Source: Candidatus Peribacteria bacterium
Lineage (GTDB): Bacteria > Patescibacteriota > Gracilibacteria > Peribacterales > Peribacteraceae
Length of the DNA stretch: 64,000 nt
Direction: 5' to 3'
NCBI GenBank assembly: GCA_943350395.1
Contig: CALRAD010000001.1
Coordinates: forward strand, 35,860-99,859
Shown: positions 1 through 9,265 of the stretch, one piece after another
Layout of the letters: the number at the start of each line of letters is the position of its first letter
Numbering within the stretch: the first letter of the stretch is position 1
Position numbers and translations under genes: made by a program
Notes under the pieces: model-generated
Database searches by the model: none
What the model was told of the DNA's origin: nothing
What the model saw: only the letters and a program-made list of their open reading frames with translations

Positions 1-53
1 GGATTGTGGGGCAACCAGCGGGTGTGGGTGAAATAAGAAGAAAGAAATGAAAG

Positions 54-78
54 AAGAGGGCTTGGAGCCCTCTTTTTT
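54..78 (+). terminator. Intrinsic terminator of an upstream gene
   Basis: Hairpin AAGAGGGCT-TGG-AGCCCTCTT followed by a T run. Confidence 0.65.
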
Positions 79-152
79 GATGTATCAACATACTTCCGTG
101 ATATTCCTGTTTACGGTACCATTTCCCCCTTTACCTTGATGCAGGCCAATCC

Positions 153-2789
153 ATGGAATCACAATCGCCAATCTACATACCCGACCGCCCGAGACTGATT
201 GTCAATAATGGAACAGTGCTTGCTGAAGAATTCGTACGATTGCTTAAAGACTGGAGACAGCAGCTCAATCAAATTTTCAGCAAGAAGAGCAACGAAGACA
301 GCAGCTGGCCACCTGAGGATCCTCTGAAATGTTTTCGTCAGTATTTTAATAGACCTGTTCTCGCTCGCGAACTTGCGCTTGAAATCGCCAGTATCATCAC
401 TGAAATCGAAGCCGATGGCGGTCGATTTGGGGACAAAATCCTGTATCCACATCAGTTAGGGCAACTCAAGTGGCTCGTAATGGCTCTCATTGAAGATGGA
501 AGCTCGTTCCTCATTGAGAATGCTCCCGGAACCGGAAAGACATTGGTTTTAGGCATCATCATGCATGCTGCAACACGGCTTCAGATTCGAGGAATTATGA
601 AAGAGAATGTGATATTTGCCACACATAAGCCCTTCACGCTCGCACAGCAAGCCTTCAGTCCGGAAGACCGACTCCGTCGTCTGGCATTGCCTCCGACCTA
701 CGCTGACATCAGCGAAGAATGGACATATTTCCAATCGGTCTTCGGAAAAGAAACGAACATCACAGGTAAAAAAGAAGACTGGAGGAAGCTTCGTCTCGAA
801 CGCATCCGAAGCTTGCAAGAAGCGAAAGAAAGAATTCGCACCGTGATGTTCAGAGAAGGGAAAGCGAATCCGAAAGAAGATTCCGCATTCGAAGCGGGCC
901 TTGCGATGTCCGCAAGACTTCTCTGCGCGGAGGGCGCTCTGATCGACGACATCGACGGCGGACAAATGATTCTCCCACTGTCGGAACGTGACATAGCGTA
1001 CGACGAAGGAGTATTCGGATTTTCGGGTGATGCCGGCAAAGGCATTCCCAACTGGTATGCCGATGCAGGATTCGTCCTCACGCGCAAAGGAGGAGAAAGC
1101 AATGCGGATCAATTGATCGAGAAAGCTGCAGGACGAGAAAAAATGCATCAAGTTCGAGTTGCGATGCTACTAGCAAGATCAATCCTCTCTTGCCAAAAAA
1201 GTCTGCATGAAATATTGGAAAATACCGGCCTTATCCTGATCGATGAGGGGAGAAACTCCACGACTGCCTTCCAGGAAGCGATCGATAAAATCAGAAAGAA
1301 AAAGAGGGATGCCGCGATCGTGTGCATGGCAACGGCTCTCAGAGTCACCAACGGCACCGAGAGTCGGCCACATGCAGATCGCTTCTCTCTCCTGCTGAGC
1401 ACCGAAGAAGCTATCGAAGCAGGTGTGCTTCCGAATGTCGGAGTCGACGTCTTCCCGGGCGTATCAGAACCTCTGTACCCCTCCGACAGCGTCCAAGGAC
1501 TGGAGCAATTGATCAAGAGGCACTTCACAGACTTAGAAATACCAAAAATGATCAAGCAACCGCAATCGTACGAATGCAACAGCGTCGTCGTCGTGGCACC
1601 CGACAGCATCGAAGCGACTGTACGAAGACTCCGCGAAGAGTATGCCGCACGCGGTCTTCCAGCTGTCGTCATACCATTTAACAACAGCAAAAAGTACAAC
1701 GGTGGAAATATTCATCCTCCCAAGAGCGATAGAATCTTTGCAGGAATGCTCGATGAAGTACACGATGAACATGGAAAATTGATCCCGAAAATTCTCGTGT
1801 CTGCACCGGTAAACATTGCCGATGCACTTAGCCTGACAAACCTAAGAAACGTGACGATCGGAACCTCGAAAAATGTCGGCATAAGAACAATCAGAAGAAT
1901 TTTCAACAGGTTGGAACACTCGAATCTTCACAAGTCAGTCGGATCGAACTATCGCGGATATTTCCGTCAACAATTGACAAAGGAAACTCTACCAGAAGAA
2001 ACGTTGTTCCATATCCTTGGCATGGATGCGGGACTTGATAAAGACTTGGAGAAACACGGAAATATTCGCTGGGTCGGACTTCAGGCGCTGCTTGGCAAAA
2101 AGAAAAGAACTCAGGACAAGAAACTCGTTCAAACAATGAAAGCGACACACATCCCGTTTACAAAAGAAGCATTCGCCCGAAGAGGCACTGCAGAAAGCCA
2201 ATCTTTATTGCAATCGGAGCACGAACGAAGAATGGCAATGATCAGCCGTACAGAGCGGAAAGGACTGACAGCAAAGGAAATGATGGAAGCTCCTGAATGG
2301 CAAGCTCTGATCGCGTTGTGCCCCATGGCACGAAAGGATTGGAAGAACGAACAAACGAGAAGCGAGTTCAGGAAGATGCTCCTGTCTGTTGCAAACCTGC
2401 TTGCAACGCCGTTCATGCAAGATCGAAACTGGGGAGCGTGGGAAGGAAGGCTTCTTTCTGCATTGGAAAAATCTTTCGATGATCCGGAGTCCTGGCTTGA
2501 AACCGTGCAGAAAAAACTAGCCTTGGGTATCAATTTTGGAACGTACTGGGACAAGAAGCCTACACTCACACTTCCCAAAGTGAACATCGAAGAAGACGTT
2601 GAATCGACAAATTCCGATCATTGCGATGATCCTGATGCAGACCTTGAAGCGGATGATGCTATTGAAGCGATCGAACTCGAGACAGGCGAAGATGACATGA
2701 GCCAATATCTTGAGGGCGATGCCTTGTTTAGCGACGATGACCTAACAAGTGACGAGGATTTCTCTTCCGATTTCCCCTTCGATCAATAA
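153..2789 (+). CDS. SF2 (ResIII/DExH-like) helicase-related ATPase with degenerate C-terminal motifs and acidic tail
   Basis: LYPHQ Q-motif, NAPGTGKT Walker A, LILIDEGR Walker B, CMATA motif III-like, STEEAIEAGVL; D/E-rich last ~65 aa. Confidence 0.7.
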   Translation: MESQSPIYIPDRPRLIVNNGTVLAEEFVRLLKDWRQQLNQIFSKKSNEDSSWPPEDPLKCFRQYFNRPVLARELALEIASIITEIEADGGRFGDKILYPHQLGQLKWLVMALIEDGSSFLIENAPGTGKTLVLGIIMHAATRLQIRGIMKENVIFATHKPFTLAQQAFSPEDRLRRLALPPTYADISEEWTYFQSVFGKETNITGKKEDWRKLRLERIRSLQEAKERIRTVMFREGKANPKEDSAFEAGLAMSARLLCAEGALIDDIDGGQMILPLSERDIAYDEGVFGFSGDAGKGIPNWYADAGFVLTRKGGESNADQLIEKAAGREKMHQVRVAMLLARSILSCQKSLHEILENTGLILIDEGRNSTTAFQEAIDKIRKKKRDAAIVCMATALRVTNGTESRPHADRFSLLLSTEEAIEAGVLPNVGVDVFPGVSEPLYPSDSVQGLEQLIKRHFTDLEIPKMIKQPQSYECNSVVVVAPDSIEATVRRLREEYAARGLPAVVIPFNNSKKYNGGNIHPPKSDRIFAGMLDEVHDEHGKLIPKILVSAPVNIADALSLTNLRNVTIGTSKNVGIRTIRRIFNRLEHSNLHKSVGSNYRGYFRQQLTKETLPEETLFHILGMDAGLDKDLEKHGNIRWVGLQALLGKKKRTQDKKLVQTMKATHIPFTKEAFARRGTAESQSLLQSEHERRMAMISRTERKGLTAKEMMEAPEWQALIALCPMARKDWKNEQTRSEFRKMLLSVANLLATPFMQDRNWGAWEGRLLSALEKSFDDPESWLETVQKKLALGINFGTYWDKKPTLTLPKVNIEEDVESTNSDHCDDPDADLEADDAIEAIELETGEDDMSQYLEGDALFSDDDLTSDEDFSSDFPFDQ

Positions 2790-2797
2790 ATACACTC

Positions 2798-3574
2798 ATG
2801 GAAAACTACGTACCAAAACCCGGCGATATCCTCATCAGAAGGCTCATTGATCGAACTCCGGATCCCCTAGTCGTAAACAACAAATTGACCGAAGCAGGCA
2901 AGCGGGTCAAAAACAATTGCAAACTGCTTGCTGAAGAATTTCGGCTGGAACTGTTGCATTTTCTGATCGATGGAGAACAAAGCGTGACTGCCATGAGCGA
3001 TCACTTTGGAATGACTCAACCTGCTGTGTCTTATCACCTTGATCTACTCAAGACCGCTGGACTGTTCTCTGATCGAAAAGACGGCAGATTCATCAATTAC
3101 TCAATCTGCGAATCAGGCAGAAGGATTCTCGAAAATGCTGCAGATTTTTTCAGAACTTTCGGTTCCAACGACAATGAACATGGAGTCGACACACCGTATG
3201 AAAGCAGCCAGAAAGAAGAGCCAGTCGATCGACATGCATTGCTGTTTTCCATCGTCCAAGCATTCAAAGATGACATGCGATTTCTCATTTTCAATCTACT
3301 GAAAGAACAGGAACTGAACGTCGAGACGATGTGCGGTGAACTGAAGCAGAGCCAACCTGCGGTTTCCCATCATCTTGCGCTACTTCGAGAGGCCAATCTG
3401 CTTTCTATGAGAAAAGAGCATCGACACAATTTCTATTCCATTCCTCCGAAAGCAAGAAATACGCTCGCTCTTGTTGCCGAGCAGCTCGATTGTATCGCTT
3501 TGCAAGCGATCGGAGCTGCTCTTCCCGATACGGAAGCGACGCCAAGCAAGAAGAATAAGCGTAGACTGAGGTAG
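2798..3574 (+). CDS. Regulator with two tandem ArsR/SmtB winged-HTH domains
   Basis: TQPAVSYHLDLLKTAGL..YSI and SQPAVSHHLALLREANL..YSI. Confidence 0.85.
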   Translation: MENYVPKPGDILIRRLIDRTPDPLVVNNKLTEAGKRVKNNCKLLAEEFRLELLHFLIDGEQSVTAMSDHFGMTQPAVSYHLDLLKTAGLFSDRKDGRFINYSICESGRRILENAADFFRTFGSNDNEHGVDTPYESSQKEEPVDRHALLFSIVQAFKDDMRFLIFNLLKEQELNVETMCGELKQSQPAVSHHLALLREANLLSMRKEHRHNFYSIPPKARNTLALVAEQLDCIALQAIGAALPDTEATPSKKNKRRLR

Positions 3575-3575
3575 C

Positions 3576-4037
3576 ATGTCCGACCCCTACCTCGATCATC
3601 TTCCAAGTCGCGAGCGTGAGAAGATCCGAAAGAGACTTCGCAGCCCTGCAGAATATGAAAGACTTCGCGAAAAGGTGAAAGGACCCGAAGATCTTGAGCG
3701 AGAAATGACAAAGAATGCAGAGTTTGCCGAAGCAAAGCTGGCTCTGGAGAATGAACCAAGGGTTCGAGAGAAAGCCAAAGAACAAATCAAGGCGTTCATT
3801 CAGGAAAAAGGTCTGGACAGCGCACTCGAACATTCTTCGGAATCAATCAAAGATTCGATGACAAAAGGATCATTTGATATCACGGTGGACACGAAGGGGC
3901 ATGAACCGAAGCTTGCCGTAAAAATACAGAATCAGTCGAAAGGCTCAGACCAAATACCTAGTGGCAATGTCTCAGAAGTATTCAGTCTAAAGCCAGCATT
4001 GCAGCAGCAAATACTTGATTTATTCAGATCTTCATAA
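3576..4037 (+). CDS. Hypothetical charged protein
   Basis: 153-aa ORF starting 1 nt after the ArsR stop. Confidence 0.7.
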   Translation: MSDPYLDHLPSREREKIRKRLRSPAEYERLREKVKGPEDLEREMTKNAEFAEAKLALENEPRVREKAKEQIKAFIQEKGLDSALEHSSESIKDSMTKGSFDITVDTKGHEPKLAVKIQNQSKGSDQIPSGNVSEVFSLKPALQQQILDLFRSS

Positions 4038-4102
4038 TTGCATTGAGCCCTGAAATATGAGACTATAAGTGAATACTTTTTTTGATCAGTGAATATAGTT
4101 TT

Positions 4103-4414
4103 CTAGAAAATATTTGAATGTTGATTCATGAAATCCAAAAGATGATCATCCTGTGCAGCCCTATTCCTAGAGGTTTTTCCGCACTTCAGGCATCTGTAGA
4201 CGATCACAAATCCTTTCTTACTCTCTTGATCAACCGAGACAGGTTCGAGGAGACCAAGGCAGGAAGAAAGTCGATCCCCAGGCCCGTCCCTATCTACATG
4301 CTTCGAGTACAAGCATTTGGGGCAATGATCTCGATAGGTTCCCTTCCCGAGCGGATTTACCTGCTCTCCGCAATGTTCGCAGACAAACAATTCTTCTCTC
4401 GGGATGAATGGCAT
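4103..4414 (-). CDS. RNHCP-domain zinc-binding protein
   Basis: FVCEHCG, RDHCPKCLYSKHVD..PGDR, CLKCG. Confidence 0.85.
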   Translation of the reverse strand: MPFIPREELFVCEHCGEQVNPLGKGTYRDHCPKCLYSKHVDRDGPGDRLSSCLGLLEPVSVDQESKKGFVIVYRCLKCGKTSRNRAAQDDHLLDFMNQHSNIF

Positions 4415-4417
4415 AGG

Positions 4418-5512
4418 CTAAACATTGAAACGGAAGTGCATCACGTCGCCGTCTTTGACAACATATTCTTTGCCTTCCACTCGAAGCTTTCCTGCCTCTT
4501 TCGCCTTCGCTTCTCCTCCGCAGGCAATAAAATCAGCAAAGCTGATTGTCTCTGCTCTGATGAACCCTTTCTCGAAGTCCGTGTGAATCACGCCCGCTGC
4601 TTCGGGTGCAGTTGCGCCCTTCTTCACCGTCCACGCTCGAACTTCTTTTACTCCTGCCGTGAAGTACGTCTGAAGACCAAGGGCATCGTAGGCTCCATGG
4701 ATCAGACGATCCAATCCTGATGTCGCTATACCAAGCTCCTTAAGCATCCCAAGTGCATCCTCGGGGCTCAGTTCGATCAGTTCTTCTTCGAGTTTCGCAG
4801 AAACCAAGACGGCAGTATCGGATTCCGAAAGTCCTGCCTTTGCTTTCGCCTCTGAGATTGGCAGCACTGCAATCGACTTCTCGTCTGTGTTCAGGGCGTA
4901 AATCATCTTCTTAGAAGTAAGCAACTCCAAGCCTTTGAGAATCGGCTGTAGTTCTTTATCAATGACAACAGTCGATGCAAGCTTTCCCGAATCGAGAGCA
5001 GACTTTACTTTCGTAAGTACATCGAGTTCCTTCACAAGTTCTTTGTTTCCCGACCTCGCTCCACCGTCGATCTTCGAAATCTTCTTCGACACTTTGTCGA
5101 GATCGGCGATGATGAGCTCTGCCTCGATAATTTCTCTATCTCGCTTCGGGTCGATCGTACCCTCGACGTGGATGATCTCTCCGCCATCAAAAATTCTGAC
5201 GACATGACAGATGGCATCAACTTCACGAATATGCGACAAAAAGGCGTTCCCCAGTCCTTCTCCTTTGCTTGCACCCTTCACAAGACCTGCAATATCAACG
5301 AACTCAACAATGGCTGGAACGACTTTCTCCGGAGTAATAATCGCCGCAAGTTGCTGCAGTCTTTCGTCGGGTACTTCGACGATGCCGATATTCGGCTCGA
5401 TGGTGCAGAACGGATAGTTCGCCGCCTGAGCTCCATGGCTGCGCGTGAGTGCATTAAAGAGCGTTGATTTTCCAACGTTTGGGAGGCCTACGATTCCGAT
5501 TTTGAGAGACAA
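4418..5512 (-). CDS. ychF: Ribosome-associated ATPase YchF
   Basis: GIVGLPNVGKST, NYPFCTIEPN, DIAGLV, VKDGDVMHFRFNV; TTG start at 5512 gives typical length. Confidence 0.97.
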   Translation of the reverse strand: MSLKIGIVGLPNVGKSTLFNALTRSHGAQAANYPFCTIEPNIGIVEVPDERLQQLAAIITPEKVVPAIVEFVDIAGLVKGASKGEGLGNAFLSHIREVDAICHVVRIFDGGEIIHVEGTIDPKRDREIIEAELIIADLDKVSKKISKIDGGARSGNKELVKELDVLTKVKSALDSGKLASTVVIDKELQPILKGLELLTSKKMIYALNTDEKSIAVLPISEAKAKAGLSESDTAVLVSAKLEEELIELSPEDALGMLKELGIATSGLDRLIHGAYDALGLQTYFTAGVKEVRAWTVKKGATAPEAAGVIHTDFEKGFIRAETISFADFIACGGEAKAKEAGKLRVEGKEYVVKDGDVMHFRFNV

Positions 5513-5552
5513 GCCGCGGTATCCTAGCAGAAATACGTACACGCGCGAAGCG

Positions 5553-5690
5553 CCTCATCCCCTAACCCCTTCTCCCGCTGAGGCTGGGGAGAAGGGGGAG
5601 CCCTTATCATTCTTGAGCAAACTTTTTCTTAGTAGCGGTGCCCCCCTCTCCCCAAGCGCATCAGCGCTGGGAGAGGGGTCGGGGGTGAGG
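5553..5690. repeat. Palindromic element family A, inverted pair
   Basis: CCTCATCCCCTAACCCCTTCTCC..GGAGAAGGGGG and inverted CCCCCTCTCCC..GGGAGAGGGGTCGGGGGTGAGG; related copies at 40288 and 52507. Confidence 0.85.
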
Positions 5691-5695
5691 CAAAA

Positions 5696-6730
5696 TCAGA
5701 GGATCAGCATACCGTCTCCGAAAGAAAAAAGCCTCATCTTCTGGTCAATCGCCTGCTTGTATAGCTCAAGTAATTTCTTCCTCCCTGTAAAAGCCGAAAC
5801 AAGCATCAGGAGGCTCGATTTGGGCACATGAAAATTCGTGATGAGCGAATCGACAAAGTGCAGCTTTGAATCTTCTGTCAGAAAAAGCTTCGTTGACCCC
5901 TGCGGTCTTGTAATCACGCCCTTATATGATGCCGATTCCAATGTGCGAACGGTTGTCGTTCCAACTGCGACAATATTTCTCCCTTCTTTTTTCGCCAATG
6001 CCAGTCTCTCCGCAGTCTCTTGATCGATTGAATAGAATTCCTCGTGTAAAATACATTTTTTTACCTGATCTTCAGTGAGAGGTGCAAACGTTCCGAGCCC
6101 TACATGAAGCGTAATATACTCAACTGATCTTCCTGATTGTATAACTTTTTTGATCAATTCCTGAGTGAAATGAAGACCGGCTGTTGGAGCAGCCACGGAG
6201 CCCTGATCTAAGGCATAAACAGTCTGATACTCGCTACGTCTTCTTGCTTCGGGAAGTGGTGAATCTTTCATATACGGAGGCAAAGGTGTTTCTCCATGCA
6301 GAAGAAGATTCTGGATCAATTCTTCGATGGGAAATGACGGCGTAAGGATTGCCTGCTGATCATGACGATGCTTGACTGTAAATGAGAGGCCTTTCGCCCA
6401 TCGTAAAATATCTCCTTGCTTAAGAGAGCCCGAAGCTAAGACGCGAATGGCACTTCCGACAGTCTCGAGATACAAAGCCGAGATCAGTCCTCCCGTATAC
6501 TTTTTCAGTGTCATTTTTGCAGGAATAACTTTGGTTTTATTGAAGACGACAACGCAGTTTTGAGGAAGGTAGTCACAAATGCTTGCAAACGAATCGAACG
6601 ATACTGCATCACTTGTTCGATCGTAGACAAGCAAACGCGCCGAGTCCCTCGGAGAGACGGGCTCTTTTGCAATCAGTTCAGACGGAAACTTGTAGTCATA
6701 CGCCGAAAGAATACTTTCAAACGTGGGCAT
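5696..6730 (-). CDS. queA: S-adenosylmethionine:tRNA ribosyltransferase-isomerase
   Basis: PLPPYM, YQTVYA..GSVAAPTAGLHF, VGTTTVRTLES, FSFGDGMLI. Confidence 0.96.
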   Translation of the reverse strand: MPTFESILSAYDYKFPSELIAKEPVSPRDSARLLVYDRTSDAVSFDSFASICDYLPQNCVVVFNKTKVIPAKMTLKKYTGGLISALYLETVGSAIRVLASGSLKQGDILRWAKGLSFTVKHRHDQQAILTPSFPIEELIQNLLLHGETPLPPYMKDSPLPEARRRSEYQTVYALDQGSVAAPTAGLHFTQELIKKVIQSGRSVEYITLHVGLGTFAPLTEDQVKKCILHEEFYSIDQETAERLALAKKEGRNIVAVGTTTVRTLESASYKGVITRPQGSTKLFLTEDSKLHFVDSLITNFHVPKSSLLMLVSAFTGRKKLLELYKQAIDQKMRLFSFGDGMLIL

Positions 6731-6731
6731 G

Positions 6732-8261
6732 TTAGTACGCTTTCGCAACGTAAATTCTCTTCGCAAATGCACTAGGTTTTCCGGAGACGGGATCCATCAT
6801 CCCATTGGCATCTTCTTTCCCGTCAAATGCGAAGCAGCGATACGTTCCTCCCGAAGTCTCCGCCTTCAGCTTCTCTACTGTCTCTTTCGTCCCATCCCAC
6901 GCAACGAGTGCCCACTGACCCGCTTCGAGCGCAGCTTTCAGGTCTGCAAAATTCTCCGGTTCTGCAATATTCTTCGATCTCTTTTCCAGTGCTCTTGCGA
7001 ACAGAGTCTTCTGATCCTCGTCTAGCATCTTTTCGACTGCCTTCGGTGCATCCGACAAAGACACCTTCTGCGCATCATCACGGCTTCTGATGCGACTCTT
7101 GATCATGCAGGAATTCTCCGCAAGATCTCGAGCACCAAGCTCAATTCGAATAGGCGTACCCATTCTAATCTGATGGAATGTTTTATCTCCAAGGCGCGCA
7201 TCCCTCGCATCAATACGAACAGTGATCTCTCCTGCGGTCTCCTCGAATCCATTGGCTCTGCCATGCACCGCATAGATCGTTTTCGATTTGCTGATGGACA
7301 CTGCAAGATCTCGCACTGCCTTCAAGACTTTTTCATTCTCTGCGGCATCAGGACCAAAAATCGGGAGAATACACACTTGGACTGCCGCAGCCTTTGGCGG
7401 AATCACAATGCCGTCATCGTCTCCATGCGTCATGATCATCGCTCCGATCAGGCGTGAGCTCACCGCCCAAGAATCGTAGTACGGAACGGTGCGCTCTTCT
7501 TTCTCATTCAGGAATGACACGCGCGGGCTGCCATCAGCATCGATCAGAAAGTTCTGCGACAGCATGTGACTTGTTCCCATCTGCAGTGCCTTGCCATCCT
7601 GCATCATACTCTCGATGGTGAACGTGTTATCAGCACCCGCAAACTTCTCGTGACTCGGCTTGTCGCCTCGGATCACAGGAATCGCAAGCACTTCTTCGCA
7701 AAGCTCTGCAAAAAGATCGAGAATACCGAGCGTAAATGTCCTGCACTGTTCTTTTGTCGCAAAAAGACAATGACCTTCGTGCCAGTAAAACTCCGTCGTC
7801 CGAAGAAATGCCCTCGGGCGCTTCTCCCACCGAACAACACTTCCCCACTGGTTTACAAGTAGCGGCAAATCCCTGTAGCTCTGTACTTTTCCAGATCGTC
7901 CGTACCAGTCCACGAACAAAAGCTCGGACGTCGGTCGAACGTAATACGGCTCTGGGAGCTTGCTCCCGCCTGCATGCGTCACAACTGCCGCTTCCGGTGC
8001 AAAACCCTCTACGTGCTCTTTCTCACGGAGAAAGAAGCTCTCCGGGATGAGTGTCGGAAGCAAGATATTCTCGACTCCCATGGCACGAAATCTCGGATCC
8101 AAAAAATCTCTGATCGACTGCCAAAGACGCGTTCCAAGCGGACCGAATGTGATGCAGCCAGTAACCGGAGACTCGTCATACAGATCCGGCGCATGTGCAA
8201 TGACATCCTGATACCACTGCGGAAAATTCAGTGCGCGGGGTGTGATGAGTTGTTTCGCCAT
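6732..8261 (-). CDS. proS: Proline--tRNA ligase, archaeal/eukaryotic type
   Basis: EKEHVEGFAPE, RPTSE, FLRTTEFYWHEGH, ALQMGTSHML, C-terminal AKAY. Confidence 0.95.
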   Translation of the reverse strand: MAKQLITPRALNFPQWYQDVIAHAPDLYDESPVTGCITFGPLGTRLWQSIRDFLDPRFRAMGVENILLPTLIPESFFLREKEHVEGFAPEAAVVTHAGGSKLPEPYYVRPTSELLFVDWYGRSGKVQSYRDLPLLVNQWGSVVRWEKRPRAFLRTTEFYWHEGHCLFATKEQCRTFTLGILDLFAELCEEVLAIPVIRGDKPSHEKFAGADNTFTIESMMQDGKALQMGTSHMLSQNFLIDADGSPRVSFLNEKEERTVPYYDSWAVSSRLIGAMIMTHGDDDGIVIPPKAAAVQVCILPIFGPDAAENEKVLKAVRDLAVSISKSKTIYAVHGRANGFEETAGEITVRIDARDARLGDKTFHQIRMGTPIRIELGARDLAENSCMIKSRIRSRDDAQKVSLSDAPKAVEKMLDEDQKTLFARALEKRSKNIAEPENFADLKAALEAGQWALVAWDGTKETVEKLKAETSGGTYRCFAFDGKEDANGMMDPVSGKPSAFAKRIYVAKAY

Positions 8262-8370
8262 AGAACAGGGCATAGGTTATAGGTTATAGGCTGAGCAATC
8301 TAGGACTTTCGCAGAGAGCGAATTGTTCCTATACTCTGCCAGCGTTCGTTCCTTAGAAAAGACTATTCCC

Positions 8371-8459
8371 CTGCCTGCAGGCCGACCTGTCCCCCGAAGC
8401 CCAGAGGCAAAGGGGGAAGCTCCGCATCAGCGGAGCGAAGGATCCACCTTTGGCTGAAT
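8371..8459. repeat. Nested palindromic elements (family B-related) upstream of tRNA-Asn
   Basis: CCTGTCCCCCGAAGC..GCAAAGGGGG and GAAGCTCCGC-ATCA-GCGGAGCGAAGG hairpins. Confidence 0.65.
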
Positions 8460-8493
8460 AGTAACTACTACGCGCTCTTTTACTCTCATTCAT

Positions 8494-8568
8494 TCCCCTG
8501 TAGCTCAACGGTAGAGCACCTCGCTGTTAACGAGGGGGTTACTGGTTCGAATCCAGTCGGGGGAGCCA
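8494..8568 (+). tRNA. tRNA-Asn(GTT)
   Basis: Acceptor TCCCCTG/CGGGGGA, D-arm TAGCTCAACGGTAGAGC, anticodon loop CT-GTT-AA, T-loop GTTCGAATC, encoded CCA. Confidence 0.97.
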
Positions 8569-8574
8569 TTCTCT

Positions 8575-9063
8575 ATGACGGATTATCAATCACTGTTGCG
8601 CGCGTTCAATAAGGAAGGTCTGAAGTACCTTATCGTCGGTGGTGTTGCCGTCAATTTGCACGGGTATCCGCGTTTTACGAATGACATTGATATTCTCCTT
8701 GCACTCGATCATGAAAACTTGGCAAAGATGGCACGAATCATGCAGGACTTTGGGTATCAACAGAGACTTCCTATCTCCATTCAGGAGTTGGATGATTCTG
8801 ATAAAGTTCGCACGCTAATCAAGGAAAAAGGTCTCGTTGCGTATTCGTTCATACACGTGACTGAGCCGCAATTTAACATTGATGTGTTGGTTGGACAGTC
8901 CGCGGAATTTGAAAAATTCTCTGCTCACAGAATGAAAGCTGAAGTCTGGGGGCTCGAAGTTCCTGTGGTTTCCATCGACGATCTTATTGCGATGAAAAAG
9001 GATTCTGATCGTGAAAAAGATATACAGGATGTTGTCGCTCTTCTAGAATTGAAAGGCTTATGA
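8575..9063 (+). CDS. Pol beta-like nucleotidyltransferase (DUF6036-like)
   Basis: IVGGVAVNLHGYPRFTNDIDIL and LIAMKKDSDREKDIQD. Confidence 0.85.
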   Translation: MTDYQSLLRAFNKEGLKYLIVGGVAVNLHGYPRFTNDIDILLALDHENLAKMARIMQDFGYQQRLPISIQELDDSDKVRTLIKEKGLVAYSFIHVTEPQFNIDVLVGQSAEFEKFSAHRMKAEVWGLEVPVVSIDDLIAMKKDSDREKDIQDVVALLELKGL

Positions 9064-9227
9064 AAACATCCAAGCCTCGCACATCGGGTTTTGAGAAAGA
9101 GCACCTTCGGCGCATGAAGTATGCATCCGTTGAGAGCAAATTTCATGCGTTAACTGAAATGGTGCGCTTTGCAGAGGAAGCTCAAAAGAGCTGCAAAAAG
9201 CGTGGAGCAAAGTGTTTTCCCTTGTAG
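9060..9227 (+). CDS. 55-aa basic protein, probable partner of the nucleotidyltransferase (not in ORF track)
   Basis: ATGA overlap with upstream stop; MKTSKPRTSGFEKEHLRRMKYASVESKFHALTEMVRFAEEAQKSCKKRGAKCFPL. Confidence 0.6.
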   Translation: MKTSKPRTSGFEKEHLRRMKYASVESKFHALTEMVRFAEEAQKSCKKRGAKCFPL

Positions 9228-9265
9228 AACACACCGCTGTTTAAGTATCCGATCAAATTATTCTC

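Noticed and set aside
217..2940. 16-bp exact match TGCTTGCTGAAGAATT (LAEEF) in the helicase (217-232) and ArsR (2925-2940) genes
   Set aside because: One 16-mer match in 64 kb is roughly expected by chance and the similarity does not extend convincingly
8272..8290. Short TAGGTTA tandem repeat upstream of proS
   Set aside because: Fewer than three copies and overlapping a likely promoter; not enough to call a feature
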